Below the pieces are notes generated by a model. It made no database searches. It saw nothing but the letters and a program-made list of their open reading frames with translations, and was not told the DNA's origin. A DNA stretch of 64,000 nt from Takakia lepidozioides (lineage: Eukaryota > Plantae > Bryophyta): the NCBI GenBank assembly GCA_030704615.1, contig CM060733.1, forward strand, positions 31,372,001 to 31,436,000, written 5' to 3'. The position numbers and the translations under genes were made by a program. Shown here piece by piece: positions 37,125 to 50,534 of the stretch (its first letter is position 1; every line of letters starts with the position of its first letter).

Positions 37125-38609
37125 GGTCCTTAGGACCTCTTTCCTTGGCTACATGGTGTCCCACATGACACCTTTCTTTATAGGGCCCACCCCCGAAAGG
37201 GGGCAGTAGCCGCAAGGCGAAGTGGCTGATATTAGTTACGTTGGCTGCGGCCGGAGTCTTCTCTCTCTCTCTCTCTCTACTGCAAGGTGAAGGAAACGAG
37301 CAACAAGACAATGAAGCAGCCCTGATGGACACTACACCTGCCAACACGGAGGTCCAACAGGTAGCACCTGCAGAAATCGCAATGTAGGCAAACGAGGTGG
37401 AAGCCATAGCCGCACAACGACAGCCAGCAGTACAGGTGACACAAGGCCAGTAGCCAATTCACCCAGCAAGAAAATAATTCCAACTTGGAATTATTACTCT
37501 CACAGCACGTTCTTGATACAACAGCATGGGACACAGGTTTGGAGGAAACGCCAGTGAATGCAATTCTCTAGGCAGTACAAGCCTTGAGCCATGTGACAAC
37601 CTACATAGACAGAGCCAAGGATTACATAATCCCGGATAACCTTACCATGACCAGGGACCACCTCAAAGAAAAGCACCAGAGAGAATTGGCAGCAACACGA
37701 ACCATATGTAACCATGAGGCTACGATTGCAGGCAAAGGCAAAAGGACAAAACACAACATGTCCAAGCCAACCTTGATGCAGAAAGAGAATGATCCTGAAC
37801 CATAGAGGCAGAGGTTGCGACACTCAAAGAACAGCTACATGCTGCTAAGAACCATGGAAACAAGTTGCTAGCAAACAACATTGTACTACTGAGGAAGAGG
37901 GAAAAGATCGAGAGTAGGCTATTCACAACCAATACAGAGAGAGACATTGTCATAGGCAATGAACAAGAATGGAAGCAGCAGCTGGAGAAGCTGACACTTC
38001 AAGTAGGGCTAGATGCAGCAGATGCATCCCTGGCTTGAGCATGGTTAAATGATGGGAATCCTCTCGAAATGAAGAAACTCAACAGATCGATGGTACAACA
38101 AATGAAATGTCAATTTGCAAAATTGGTGACAGACATTCACGAGGAATTCTTGCCACTAATTCCAGAACAGGAGGAGCTCATGGATGAGGACGAACAGGAG
38201 GAGCAAGACCACGAACAAGAACCACCAATACAATCAACAACAACCACACCAGCACAAACACCACCAGTGCAATTTAACTTTTTTGCAAACCCTACAAGCA
38301 ACTTTTTGTTTTTTTTGTTTTTAAAAAATAAAAAATAAAGGAAACCTCAGGCCCTTGAGGAGGGGGAAAAATTAACCCCCTTTCATTTATGGGCCATGAG
38401 ACCTACAGGAGGATCAACGCCCAGACATACCGTCGTCACGAACAATCCCACACATGGGGTAATGCAGCGGGTTTGAACCGGCCCGAACCACCAGGGCGAC
38501 ACACTGTGCACTTACAAGCCGATGCATTTTTTTAAAATCTTTTGCACTTTGATTCTTTTTTGTTTTTGTTTTTTTTAATTCATTCTAGTGGTTACAAGTG
38601 AGCACATAG

Positions 38610-38961
38610 ATGTATTCCATGGAGATAAACAAAACTGTTCATCCGGTGTCTTCACGGTGGATGTATCGCATGGAGCGTTACATGAAAGATCTTAAGGGAT
38701 ACGTTAGGAATTACGCAAAGCTAGAAGGGAGTACGGCTGCAGGGTATGTTCTTGATGAGGCCATGGGGTTCATGACTGAGTATATACAATCATTTGATGC
38801 AACTCAACGGCGGACTTGGGATGCAAATGCGGAGGAAGGAGTTGAGGACGAGGTCTTGGAAGGTGTCGGCAAAAAGCGGGACATGACTGGAGCTAAGAGA
38901 GATGCAGCACAAATTTTGTATGTGCTGAACAATACCAATGTCATGGCTCCTTGGGTGCAGT
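38610..38961 (+). mobile_element. CACTA/En-Spm transposase remnant (DUF4218-like region)
   Basis: PVSSRWMYRMERYMKDLKGYVRNYAKLEGSTAAGYVLDEAMGFMTEY matches the GPV..RWMYPFERYM..LK.YVRN.A.PEGSI.EGY consensus. Downstream 39560-39975 has repeated accact/agtggt and ccacgtgg motifs, like subterminal repeats. Confidence 0.8.
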
Positions 38962-40009
38962 GAGTACTTCTTTTCATTGCACCTTATTCATATCAAGTTC
39001 ACTTTCAAATCTGACTGTCACCGGTGTAATCAAACCGCCCACAAAGTCACAAATGTCAGTGGTTCATCATGATTATAACCACTAATGTAGTAACGGAATG
39101 TCTGAGTGAGTGACTTGTTGGAAGAGCATGTTGATTTACAAGTCATTCTGCTCACTCCTCCAGCGGTTTGAAACAGTGGTTTTCAAAGTATCATTCATGC
39201 TAGGACTTTTTGCTAAGTAATGCAACACTTCATTGCTAACATGTGTCATTCTTGTTGCCATTTTGTGACAGAAAGTATGCAACAGAGAATGCACAGTTCA
39301 CAGCAGACAGAGGCATGTGGTGATGAGTGGCGTGCCAATCGACGTCTACCTTATCAGATCAACCAATACATAGGTCATTAGATGGTGCCACGGCTCTAAA
39401 TAAAGAAGACCTGGCTATGTTGGTTACCATTGAAGCGGCATTTGTACAACCAACCGCTATTCCAGTTGAGGAAAGTGATTGAGATGGTGACGAATATGTT
39501 TCAGATTCAAAATAAAGTTTATTGTTGGAACCATTTGTTCAATAACATCATCCTTCTGGACACTTGTCTATTTCTCAAAGTCTGTCACGAGTGCACAAAC
39601 CACTTAAAAGTTTTCATGTATCACCACAAAAGTGGTACCAATAACTGTTGTGTAGGCAACCACTTATGAGTGACCTCTAGAATAGTGGTTCCCATTACTG
39701 CAGTGTCTTTCACCACCCACTCTCCACCACTGTAAAAGTGGTACAAATCAATGAGGTGTCTTTAAACACTCAAGATCAACGTGCACTGTCCCCGTCCACG
39801 TGGAATATTATATTAATTAATTAAAATAGATTTCCAAATCACAAATCATAAATAAAAATTGAATTATTACACGTGGAGTAGCAAGTGGTTTCAACCACTT
39901 CCCAGCACTAAGGTGTCTATAACCACTCACAATGTACCACTGCACCCGTCCACGTGGAATATTATATTTATTAACTCAAATATATTACCAAATAAAAAAT
40001 AGTGACAAC

Positions 40010-41160
40010 ATGACTTCATCCCAATATCGCAAATTGAGAAACGAGAAAGGCTCTTGGTCCATTGGCAAGTTGTATCTGTTGTATTCGTACCCTATTGGCA
40101 TGATCTCCTCCAAGCCGTACAATTCACAGTATCGATGATGGATTGGCGTATGGCACTGTGGGCATGCACTCCGAGTAAGGGCAGCTATCACAAGACATGT
40201 ATTATGGAAGAAATGCCCACAAGACCCAAGCATGTGTGCTTCCTTTGGTCCAAAGGGGTTTTCACAAATCGTGCATACTGATCCATCTGTGATGAACGAA
40301 GGCACAAGGTTTTGTAGTATATCCGTACGATTATTGAGTTTCACATGGGCTGATTTTTGTGGCCTCGTATCCCACTCTTCCTCAATCTCCAGTTCCCAGT
40401 TAATGCTCATGTTGGTATTAGAAATTGTGTGCGAACAACGGTTAAATTCTTCTACATCAGCCCAGAGGGTGAACCCAGTGTACTGCAAGTTCTCCTTATT
40501 GCGAATATAATTGTTATACCTCTCCAAGTTAGCGATAATGTTGTCCCGATAAAGGCCGCCTGGCATACCTACAATCTCTTGTAGTTGAGACAACGCCCAC
40601 TCCGTTTCTCTTACTCGCGATGCCAAGGTTTTTTCCAAACCACACCCAATTTTCCCAGTGCCCAGCCCCTGGTACATACCTCCGAATGTCCATATCGTGC
40701 GCCAAACGGAAGGCAACCGCCCTAGCAATATCCCGCTCCCTAACCACCTCATACAAACCACCAAAATAATCAGTGTGAACGGTTGTCCTCGAACATTCTC
40801 CAGATTCAAGCATGACCTCTTTCCCTTTCTAACTTCTTTCATTCATAATTTGTTGTTCGTTTGGCACAATGTATTCCATATACCCGGGTATGGGCCCGGC
40901 TTCGGAATCTGCCATGACCATTTTTCCTACCCCTTGGCTCCCTTCTGTATGCATTTGTATAGTTCGCAGTTCTATGGATGATTGGTGCGGTACAATTATG
41001 AACATCGACGGAATGGCAAGTTGATTCCACTTTCATTTGCAAGTCCAGTATTTGTTTCCTTTGCTTCTCAACGATCTCCTCCAATTCTTTGACAACCACC
41101 ACAGCTTGAACAAGCACTGGTACGGGCCACAACATGACCATCCACACAGGAGGTACACCC
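40010..41160 (-). pseudogene. Coiled-coil plus RING-H2 zinc-finger gene fragment
   Basis: CTICENPFGPKEAHMLGSCGHFFHNTCLVIAALTRSACPQC = C3H2C3 RING-H2. Frameshifted upstream part. Confidence 0.7.
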
Positions 41161-41547
41161 TGTGCCATTACCAATCATTCTTGTGGCATCAGCTTCGATA
41201 GTGATGGATGATTTTCAAATCATGCCATGCAAAAAGGATGGGGAGTGGCTCAAGTATTTAGAGGAATACTTTAAGATGATGATCATTCCAGCACAGCAAA
41301 TCCCAGAGATGTTGGAAAAGGTATTCAAGGCCTTAACCCCCTGCAAATCATTAGGCCAACTACATCTGCTCAATCAAATTTATACCTTTGAGATACAAGA
41401 TGAGGCCATTGGCCAAGGAGGAGACATGGTCAGGGGCAGAATTGGTCGAATTCTGGCCCGCCAAGCTCCCCTAGATTACAAGGAGCTGGTAGCTTACAGG
41501 TGGGACAGTGGGCTTTGATGATCAATCCTCCTAGCAGTAGATGTGGT

Positions 41548-42047
41548 NNNNNNNNNNNNNNNNNNNNNNNNNNNNNNNNNNNNNNNNNNNNNNNNNNNNN
41601 NNNNNNNNNNNNNNNNNNNNNNNNNNNNNNNNNNNNNNNNNNNNNNNNNNNNNNNNNNNNNNNNNNNNNNNNNNNNNNNNNNNNNNNNNNNNNNNNNNNN
41701 NNNNNNNNNNNNNNNNNNNNNNNNNNNNNNNNNNNNNNNNNNNNNNNNNNNNNNNNNNNNNNNNNNNNNNNNNNNNNNNNNNNNNNNNNNNNNNNNNNNN
41801 NNNNNNNNNNNNNNNNNNNNNNNNNNNNNNNNNNNNNNNNNNNNNNNNNNNNNNNNNNNNNNNNNNNNNNNNNNNNNNNNNNNNNNNNNNNNNNNNNNNN
41901 NNNNNNNNNNNNNNNNNNNNNNNNNNNNNNNNNNNNNNNNNNNNNNNNNNNNNNNNNNNNNNNNNNNNNNNNNNNNNNNNNNNNNNNNNNNNNNNNNNNN
42001 NNNNNNNNNNNNNNNNNNNNNNNNNNNNNNNNNNNNNNNNNNNNNNN
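41548..42047. other. Assembly gap (500 N)
   Basis: N run. Confidence 1.
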
Positions 42048-45000
42048 AGCCTTGCTCTTCCATTGCAGTGGTTTGCTGGCTCAAACACTTCCATCTCCTT
42101 TCTTTCTTGCGCATCAAGTATGCCAGAATCAAGAATTATTTGAGCAATGATTGGCCAGACACTATGATAGGAGACTTGGCGGTAAGAGTAGTACCTTGTA
42201 ATATTTGCATCTCCTCCACCAGTGCGTTGTACATTATGTCCGCCCATTCTACCTCTTGTCCTTTCAGGGCTTTGAGAGTATTTCCTCCGTGAAGGATCTG
42301 CTCAAATACTGTTGGTTTTGTTTCATGGCAATCAGAACGTTCAAATACTGGCCTACCTCCTTTAGCCCTGGGTTACACGGCCTTGGTACACAAGCATAAC
42401 CCTGAGTTTTAAAGAAACTCCCTTCTTGGAATAAGTCCCCTATTTGCAGTCTTGCCCTTGTGTTCCTCCACATGTGCACTGACCTGATGCAATCGAAACA
42501 ATTGCTGGAGGTATAGGGGAGTAATCACTAATTCAACTCCTCTTCACGTTGTTGTTCCTGTCCTTGGCTCAAAGTTCTGCAAAAATTGTAACATGTATGT
42601 TATTTATGGTGTAATGTCCAATCTATGCTTAGTAATCCTTGCAATCTCAGCTCCTTCAGTATCTGTATCGCCTATGGGGTAGCAATCGTTTGTTTCTGCA
42701 GAATTGTGGTGCTCTTCACCCTGATTTCTCCATTCCTCTCACTCTCTTCATTCTAGACTCACAAAATGTTTTGGCTTGTAACAACTGAAGAAATGCCTGT
42801 AGTGCACAAAGCATAAACGTATGGTTGCCACAAAAAGCTATGGGTAATTTCTTGTAAGCCTGTGGGGCTTGCAAGCATCGCTCAAGAGAAAAGATCCGCT
42901 CTGTGTTTCGTCCCTATGCCACTGCGTAAGTAGTATTGGCAAGCGTATAGTCTGTTAGTTCCTCCATAGTTTTCAAGCTATAACATTGATGGTCTGTCCT
43001 GTCGAGACGCCCGTTACTCAGAACGACGCCGCCTCTTGCGCTTAATTTCCCTCCAATTTCTTGATCCTTTCTCTGGCTTTCTATTGGCTGTAACCACTGT
43101 GACTTGATTTTAGATTTCATTTTCTTTAGTGGACTTTCCCTGCTGGATAGTCCATTAGGATCACACATGTGGCAAGAATTGCTTTTCTGTACTTGCCGTT
43201 TGTTCCGTTCCCCTTTTTCCGTATTCATTAATGGCCCGCCTTTCATCCATTTTGATGGCCGTTCTTGTCCTCTTCTTTATGACACCTGTTCTTGTACTTC
43301 CTTCTCAGCTGTGTGTCGCGCCCTGACTTCCACGTGTCTATTTTTAAACTGGTTTCTGTCTTTTCTTCCGTCAGCCATTTTCCTGAAGTTATTGTGCGTC
43401 CTCCTGTCACCGATTCTATGGATCGTGTAATCCTAGTAGGCTGTTTGTTGAGCTGTGTCATACTGTGGTACGCTGTGATAGGCTGTGATAGGCTGTGTTG
43501 CACTGTGGTAAGCTGTGATAGGCTGTGACACGCTGTGATGGGCTGTGATAGGCTGTGTTGCGCCGTGCTGGGCTGTGATAGGCTGTGTAAAGTCGTGATG
43601 GGCTGTGTGTGTGGATAGGCTGTGTACGCGTGATGGGCTATGATAGGCTGTGTGTTTCGCCTTGATGGGCTGTGATAGGCTGTTGTCACGCTTGTTTTGC
43701 CCGCCCTGGTCATATATGCTCGGCCTAGCGACAAGTGCTCCATACTCCGTTCGTAACACTGGTGCAGCCCGCGACTGCTCTTGCGTTTCAACATGCAAGT
43801 CATGCTGCAAGGGTTTGTCATGGATACCACTGTATCCCTTTAACTTATTGGCATTGACTCTCCCAGCATTTCTTTGTTAATGGTTTGTAACATGGCGGTG
43901 TTGTTATCATACATCTTTTGTATGACATAAGGTCATTTCCATGGTGATTTAAGCTTGGAAGCTTTAATCTTTCTTTTCTTCTGCAACCATAGAACCAAAT
44001 CCCCCGTCTTAAAAGTCTTTAACTTGCCTTCATCAAACTGTTCCTTTCTCTTCATCTGAATTTGGTCATATTATCAGCTGCATCAGCACGTACTTCTTCC
44101 ACATGTATAATTCATGTTTCCTGACCTTAATGGAATCTTGCAATTCCATTCTTTTTCCCCACTCCGTTCTCATGGTAGGTAACAGGAATTCCACTGGAAG
44201 TAAGGCTTCCATACCATAAACTAATTGGAATGGTGTATACTTTGTGGTGACTTTATAGGAAGTCCTGTATGACCACAAAGCTGTCAGCAGCTTTGTATCC
44301 CAATCCGTTCTGTTTGCATTGACTATCTTAGCCAAGATAGTACATAGTATTTTGTTGGTAGCCTATGCCTGCCCATTACCCTGTGGGTAATATGTTGTAC
44401 TCTTTCTATGCACAATCATGAACTCTTTAGTCAACAACTCCATGGTCTCATTCATGAAGTGACTTCCCTGATCACTGATAAATTCTAAGGGACAGCCAAA
44501 TCGTGTAAGTATGTTCTCATACAGGAACCTTGCTGTGGACTTGGCTGTGTTGTCCCTCAAAGCTTTAGCTTCCACCCACTTCGTAGTATAATCAGTGGCT
44601 GTAATTATGTACATGTTCCGTGTATTCTTGGCTGGTGGGTTGATTGGTCCACTAAAGTCTAGTCCCCATTTTTGAAATGGTTCCGTAGGCATTGTAGGAT
44701 GTAAGGCCATCCTTCCAGATCTCTGCAAAGGTCCTAGCCTCTGACATTCATCACAACTCTGACAATACTCGTGTACATCTTTGAACAAAGTAGGCCACCA
44801 GTAACCTTGCGAGTAGTATCTTCCTACTGGTAGTCTCTTCTCCAAAATGACCTCCAGCCACTCCTTTATGAACTTCCTCCAAAACTTTATTTACTTCATG
44901 GTGGTACAAGCATCGTTTTAGTACTCATCAGGTCCTAGCTTATACATTCTGCTTCCTACCATAGTATAAGGTAAAGCTTTGATAGCGATTCTCTTCCTCT

Positions 45001-48000
45001 GCTCCTTACCCATAACTAGGTGGGCACTGACCATGAGCAAGGTAGTATCTGATTGCCACTGCCAATCTAACCAGTCATCTGCACTTCCCAGCACCTCCAC
45101 TGCAAATAGACTCGCATCTAGTAATTGATCATCTATTCCTGTGGCTGGTTCTCCTGTTGATAACCGTGACAAGTGATCCGCCACAAGATGCAGTCTCCCA
45201 GGCTTGTAAACAACCTCGAACTCAAACTCGTGCAAGATTATCAACCATCTTGCTATTCTTCCGCTATCAGAGGTTTATTTACCAGGTATATCAGAGCCTG
45301 GTGATCCACATAGAACATAAATTTCTTGCCCAACAGGTAATGCCTGAATTTCTTCACTGCATAGATCATTGCCAATGCTTCTCTTTCCGTTTGTGCTATA
45401 GTTCCTTTCAGCACTGTTCATCAACTTGCTAGCATAGTACACAGGTGAAATATATTTCCTGTAACATTCTGGGCTAACACCGCTCCCAACGCTTCTCCTG
45501 ATGCATCGCAGTGAACATGAAATACTACATGCCAGTGAGGGTTAATCAGCACAGGTGTACTTGTTACTGACAGTGTAAGTTCCTCAAACGCCTGTTGACA
45601 TTCAGCTGTCCAGGCAAACACTGCATCTTTCTTCAGTAGCTTGCTCAATGTGCTGGCTGTGCTATTTGTCATACCTTTTGATAAATATTCTCTGTAATAA
45701 TGGTTTGCCCAATGAATCTCCTTAGACTCTTAACATTCACTGGTGGTGGAGAGGCTTTAATGGCCTCTGTCTTCCTGGGATCCACAAGAAGTCCCCTCTT
45801 ACACACAATGTGTCCCAGAAGCACCCCTGAGTTCACACAGAAAGTACACTTCTCTGGATTCAGGCCCAGACCTCTCATCCTGCATCTGGCCAGAATAACT
45901 CCAATTTATGCAAGTGCTCATTCTTAGAGCTGTACACACTGAAATCATCCAAGAACACCTGCATTAAATCATCCAGATACTCATGAAAAGATTCACTTAT
46001 TACTCTCTGAAAGGTTGCTGTGCATTACAAAGTCCAAAGGGCATGACTTTGTATGCATAAGCACCCAGTCTGTGATGAAAGTTGTCTTTCCTTGATCTTC
46101 TTCTGCCACTGGCACTTGATTATAACCACTGAACCCATCCATGAATGAGAGTACATCTCATGGCCTGCCACAGTGTCCATACTGCTTCTGTGAATGGCAA
46201 AGGGAAATGATCTTTCTTCGTACAAGCATTCAGCTTCTTGTAGTTCACACATACTCTTAGTTTACCATTCTTCTTGGGAACTATCACAATGGGTGACAAC
46301 CAAGTTGTATACTCTATTGGGTATATAAACTTAGCCTCAGCCAACTTCTTGATCTCTTCTCCAACCTTCTGTGCGTAGTTGGGATTCATTCTGTACCTCG
46401 CCTGCTTGATTGGTACTGACCCTGGTTCCAGTTCAATCTTATGCTGACAGACTTCAAGTGGTATTCCTTTAAGATCCTCATAGCTCCAAGCAAATACATC
46501 TCTGTATTTGATGAACAAGCTTTTAGCTTCTTCAAAGAATTCCGGTTCCAAATCAGTTCCTACTTTCACCATCCTCGGTTCCTCTTTAGTTCCCACATTC
46601 ACTTCCCTCACCTGCTCATCAGCTTGTGATTGTCCAACCAGTCACCACTTCATCCTGTAAGCTCACAGTGCTGGTTCCTCTAGGATTTCCATTTCTCCTT
46701 CTCTTTCCTCATAGAAATGTGATGGGTAACTGCTGGTTTCCTCTTCAGTTGGTGTTGCTGTCACTACACCACAGCAGATACCTCTTAAACAACTTAGGCT
46801 TTCCAGCCGCATCTCTGCAACCTGCTCCCACTCTGGGTGTGCAGCAAATAGGGTAGTTTCTTGCTCCTCATCCAGTCCTCATACTCTCTGACTCCTCGAG
46901 GTCTTCTTGTAGCAGGTAATCTACTAGATTTCTTTGTGGTAATTTGTATCTCGTGTATCCCATTATGCACAGTTAGTAACTGAGAATTCCAGTCATGGAA
47001 TACCCTGGCCTGTTTCAGCCACGGACGTCCCAATAATAAGGAGTAAGCCTCCATGACTTCATCCATCTTCAACACAGTTACTGTGATCATAAAGATCATC
47101 TTCTATATCTGTATCTTAACTCCTCTTATCAATCCCAATGGCTATACACTTCTTTGATCTGCCATTGTTACTGTAAATGGGGCTGGTTTCATGTTACTTA
47201 GACCAAGCTTCTTCCTTAATTGGTCTGTCATGATATTCACTCCAGAACCTCCATCTATCAGTACATCAGTTAGTTCTGTGCTTCCAATTCTCAATTGGAT
47301 TACTGGCATAGAATCATCAAAGTCCATGACTGTTTCTCGCCCTTCCGGCTTCACATTGTAACTGGTCACCTTGCTGTTCAGGTCTGTGTTTCCTGTCTCC
47401 TGGGCAATTCGATCGATTGCTTGATACAGCCTGTGCCTACAATAAGGTGCCACAGCTAATAGCTGTCCAATGGTAATCTCTGCTTTGGGTTGGCATATTA
47501 CTTCAGCCAAAGTCTCTTCATTACTTTGCATGTCTGCATCTTCTTTCTTCCTATCATCCTCACTCCCTTCTTCTTCTCCATCAGAATCAGAGGAATCTGC
47601 CACAGGAATATCAGTACTCTTCTGCATTTTCCTTATGGTATCTGCCACTTCTTTGTGCAGTTCCTTCTCATCTCTCCAAGTCTCTTCATCTTCAGGCATA
47701 TCATTGCTACCTTCATTATCATCTTCTTCCTCTACTACTGGAGTATTAGTTTAGTTTGGGATTTATTTTGTTACTATCTTGTACTTACTTCTGGTACAAC
47801 ACATGGCCTAACCATGTGAGCTGCCACCACTGGACCCTCATTCACAGGAGCTCTTATCTCATTCTGGTGTCTTATCCAGAATGCACAGGCTGCCCTGCGA
47901 TGTCCTGGCTGATTACAAATAGTAACATAGTTCTTCACCATTGGGTCCTCGCCCTTGGTCTGTTCTTGGATTATTTCTATAATCCTGATTCCCGGGCTGG

Positions 48001-49838
48001 TAATTCCCCCTTGGATTACCCTGATAGTTGCCTCTGGAATTTCCTTGGTAATTTCCTCTTGAATTACCTCTCCCTTCCATGCCATTGTTATAACCACCAG
48101 ACCTACCATAGTGGTCCTGATCATTGTTTCTTCTTGGCTGGGGCTGCACTTGATGCACCCTTACTTGCCTAGGTTCTCTTGCAGCTGTCCTTCTGTTGTA
48201 GTTACAATTCTCAGTAGAATGGTTATCCATTTTACAGATAGTACAGTGTTTCTCCTTCATGTGGCATTCTGTGGTGGTATGGCCTTCATTCTGGCACTTT
48301 GCACACCATACACCCTTCCTCCAATGTGTTGCAGCCTCTATGGCATACTTCTTCAAGATTTCTTCCAATCTTTTTCATAGTTATCCCTCTTCAACTTCTC
48401 CTTTCTCTTACTCTTCCTTTTTAGTTCTGCTCTTCTTCTTCATCTGACTCATCCTCAGAGTCCTCATCATCCCTTTTCTCTCTCCTGAGCATTCCCAATT
48501 GCTCAATTCTGTTTGCAGTTTCAAATGCCTCCTCCACTGTATTATGGGGTAACATATCCACTTTCTTTTGCAACTCTGGTCTTAGTCCACTCACAAACCA
48601 AGTCTTATGTAAACCAGGTGCTGGTACTGCAGCCAGCTTTTTCATCATCAATTCCATCTTTTCCATATACTCCTCAATAGTTTCATGCTTCTTTTGCTTT
48701 AACTGTTGTAAACTTCCATACACTTCATCCTCAGTTTTACTTGTCCTGAACCTATTTCGAAATGTTGTATTCAAGCCATTCCAGGTTAGGAAATGATTAT
48801 CAGGGAATCTTGCATACCATTCACTTGCTTTCTTTATAAGTGAACAAGGAAACAATCTCATCTTGGCATCCTCGCCATTCTCATTGTTCACTATACACAT
48901 GTGCTCAAATTGGCTAATGTGTACATCGGGATCCTCTTTTCCTGAATATATTGGAAAGGGTGGTTTTGCCCGTGTTGGTTGTAACGCCATCTGTGGCCCT
49001 ACCTTCTGCCCACTGACAGGTGCTGGCACCCTTGCTGGTGCTGGTCCTTCTGGACCTGTTGTTTTTGTGGTGGATCTTCCACCAAGTGGTGGCCCTTGAG
49101 CACTCCCTGCTTCTGGCCCCACGATATTCAGAGTATTCCCAGCTTCAGTTGCACTACTTCCCACACTCCCTGTCCCCCCAGAGCCAGATCCAGGCAGCCC
49201 GCCTGATCCCCCTGAGCCGACACCTTCGTTGGCCTGTGATCCAAGTGCTCCACTTGATCCAGGTCCAACGGGTTGGGATGCCCTGGTTGTAGTCTCAACC
49301 TCAGCTGTTGGGTCTACTTCTTCATATTCTTCTTCTTCCAATTTCTTCTCTCTGTTTTCATCCTCCAAGTTCTGCCCTTGGGTTTCTTCTCATGTAACTC
49401 AACTGTAATGGTGTTGGAGAGTCTGAACTCTCCGTTGGCTCTGCCACATCCTCTTCTCCTTCTTCACCTTCCGCTTCAGAAACTGGAGTTTCTGCTTTTG
49501 GTGTTCCATGCCAACTCTTATCAAAGATTTCTGTCAAATCTTTTATCCAGGGATGTACCTCAGATCTTTCACCTCGTGATTGATCTTCTTCCTGTACCAA
49601 TTCCCTTAATCTTTCTTGCAAAGAAACAGAAGGAGTGGCATCCAACTCTAGTTCTTCCGGTATGGGTGATGTACTCTTTGATCTTAATGGTGTGACAGGT
49701 CCAGATGATTCCCCTATGTCTATTCCTCTCTCCCAAAGATATGGATAATTAGCTTTCCGATAGCTTTCTCTTTTTACTGAATATCTCTGGCGTCTAGCTT
49801 CTCTTTCATCACTCATGTCCCATGTCTTTCATTTCTTT

Positions 49839-50534
49839 TTAATGTGGCAATAACCAAAACTCTCTTCTGTAATATCTCTCGTATATGCCTGGGTTTCTTT
49901 CAAGCTTCAATGCACCCTTGGCTATACTTGAAGTCTCCGTTACCATATAACCATATGGCAAACAAGTCTGGAAAGCTGTTCTTGGTGTGAGTTTGATCCA
50001 CAAAATATCCTTTGGAATCCAATTCTTTACCAGTACCAGCTCTTCATGCATATGAGTATAAACATTCACCTTTCTTTCTTCCCAGCCTTCAAACTCTACT
50101 CTCTTAATGGATAGCAATGCTATCACATAAACCAATGTTGGTAACCAACGTGCTCTTCCTCTATAGGCTACCTGATAAACCTTTATCACTCCTTTCTCCA
50201 GACCCCATTCCGGATCAGCATCATGCACTCGCTTAAGAATATTTTCTTTACAACAGTCTGGCAATTCCAAGAACCTTTGAAAGAATTGTTTGGACAATCT
50301 TTCTTCCTTCGTTCCACAGGGAATTTGATTCACTTCAAATTCTTTAATGGTCCAACCACCATGATCCCACCAGATACCTGTCACATCCGGTTGTTCATGA
50401 CTCAGTTCCCCAGTATGGTCGCCAAATGTCGCGCGGCTTTTACTCACCCATCCCTTCGCTATCCGAGGCGGAAACTCCAAGATAGAAGAGTTGGAAATCT
50501 CTAAGTACTCAGCCCGCGCAGAACAATCAGTCAT
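49839..50534 (-). CDS. Extra ORF0 (231 aa) upstream of gag, starting inside the LTR; function unknown
   Basis: Open in element A. Homologous but frameshifted at 55258-55787 and 56726-57420. Confidence 0.6.
   Translation of the reverse strand: MTDCSARAEYLEISNSSILEFPPRIAKGWVSKSRATFGDHTGELSHEQPDVTGIWWDHGGWTIKEFEVNQIPCGTKEERLSKQFFQRFLELPDCCKENILKRVHDADPEWGLEKGVIKVYQVAYRGRARWLPTLVYVIALLSIKRVEFEGWEERKVNVYTHMHEELVLVKNWIPKDILWIKLTPRTAFQTCLPYGYMVTETSSIAKGALKLERNPGIYERYYRREFWLLPH
50407..50424 (-). promoter_or_regulatory. Primer-binding site TGGCGACCATACTGGGGA (tRNA-Arg-like)
   Basis: Starts TGG 2 nt after the LTR end CA; same sequence at 55368 and 56836. Confidence 0.7.

Noticed and set aside
37146-37228. 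HDV-like or hammerhead ribozyme
   Set aside because: Some pairings and a CGAA are present, but the L3/P1.1 and P4 geometry and the CUGANGA core do not fit.
41494-42292. Long ORFs across the N run
   Set aside because: Artefacts of the assembly gap.
42048-47800. Dense frameshifts in element A as programmed recoding
   Set aside because: Many 1-2 nt indels near a contig end are better explained by low consensus quality or decay.
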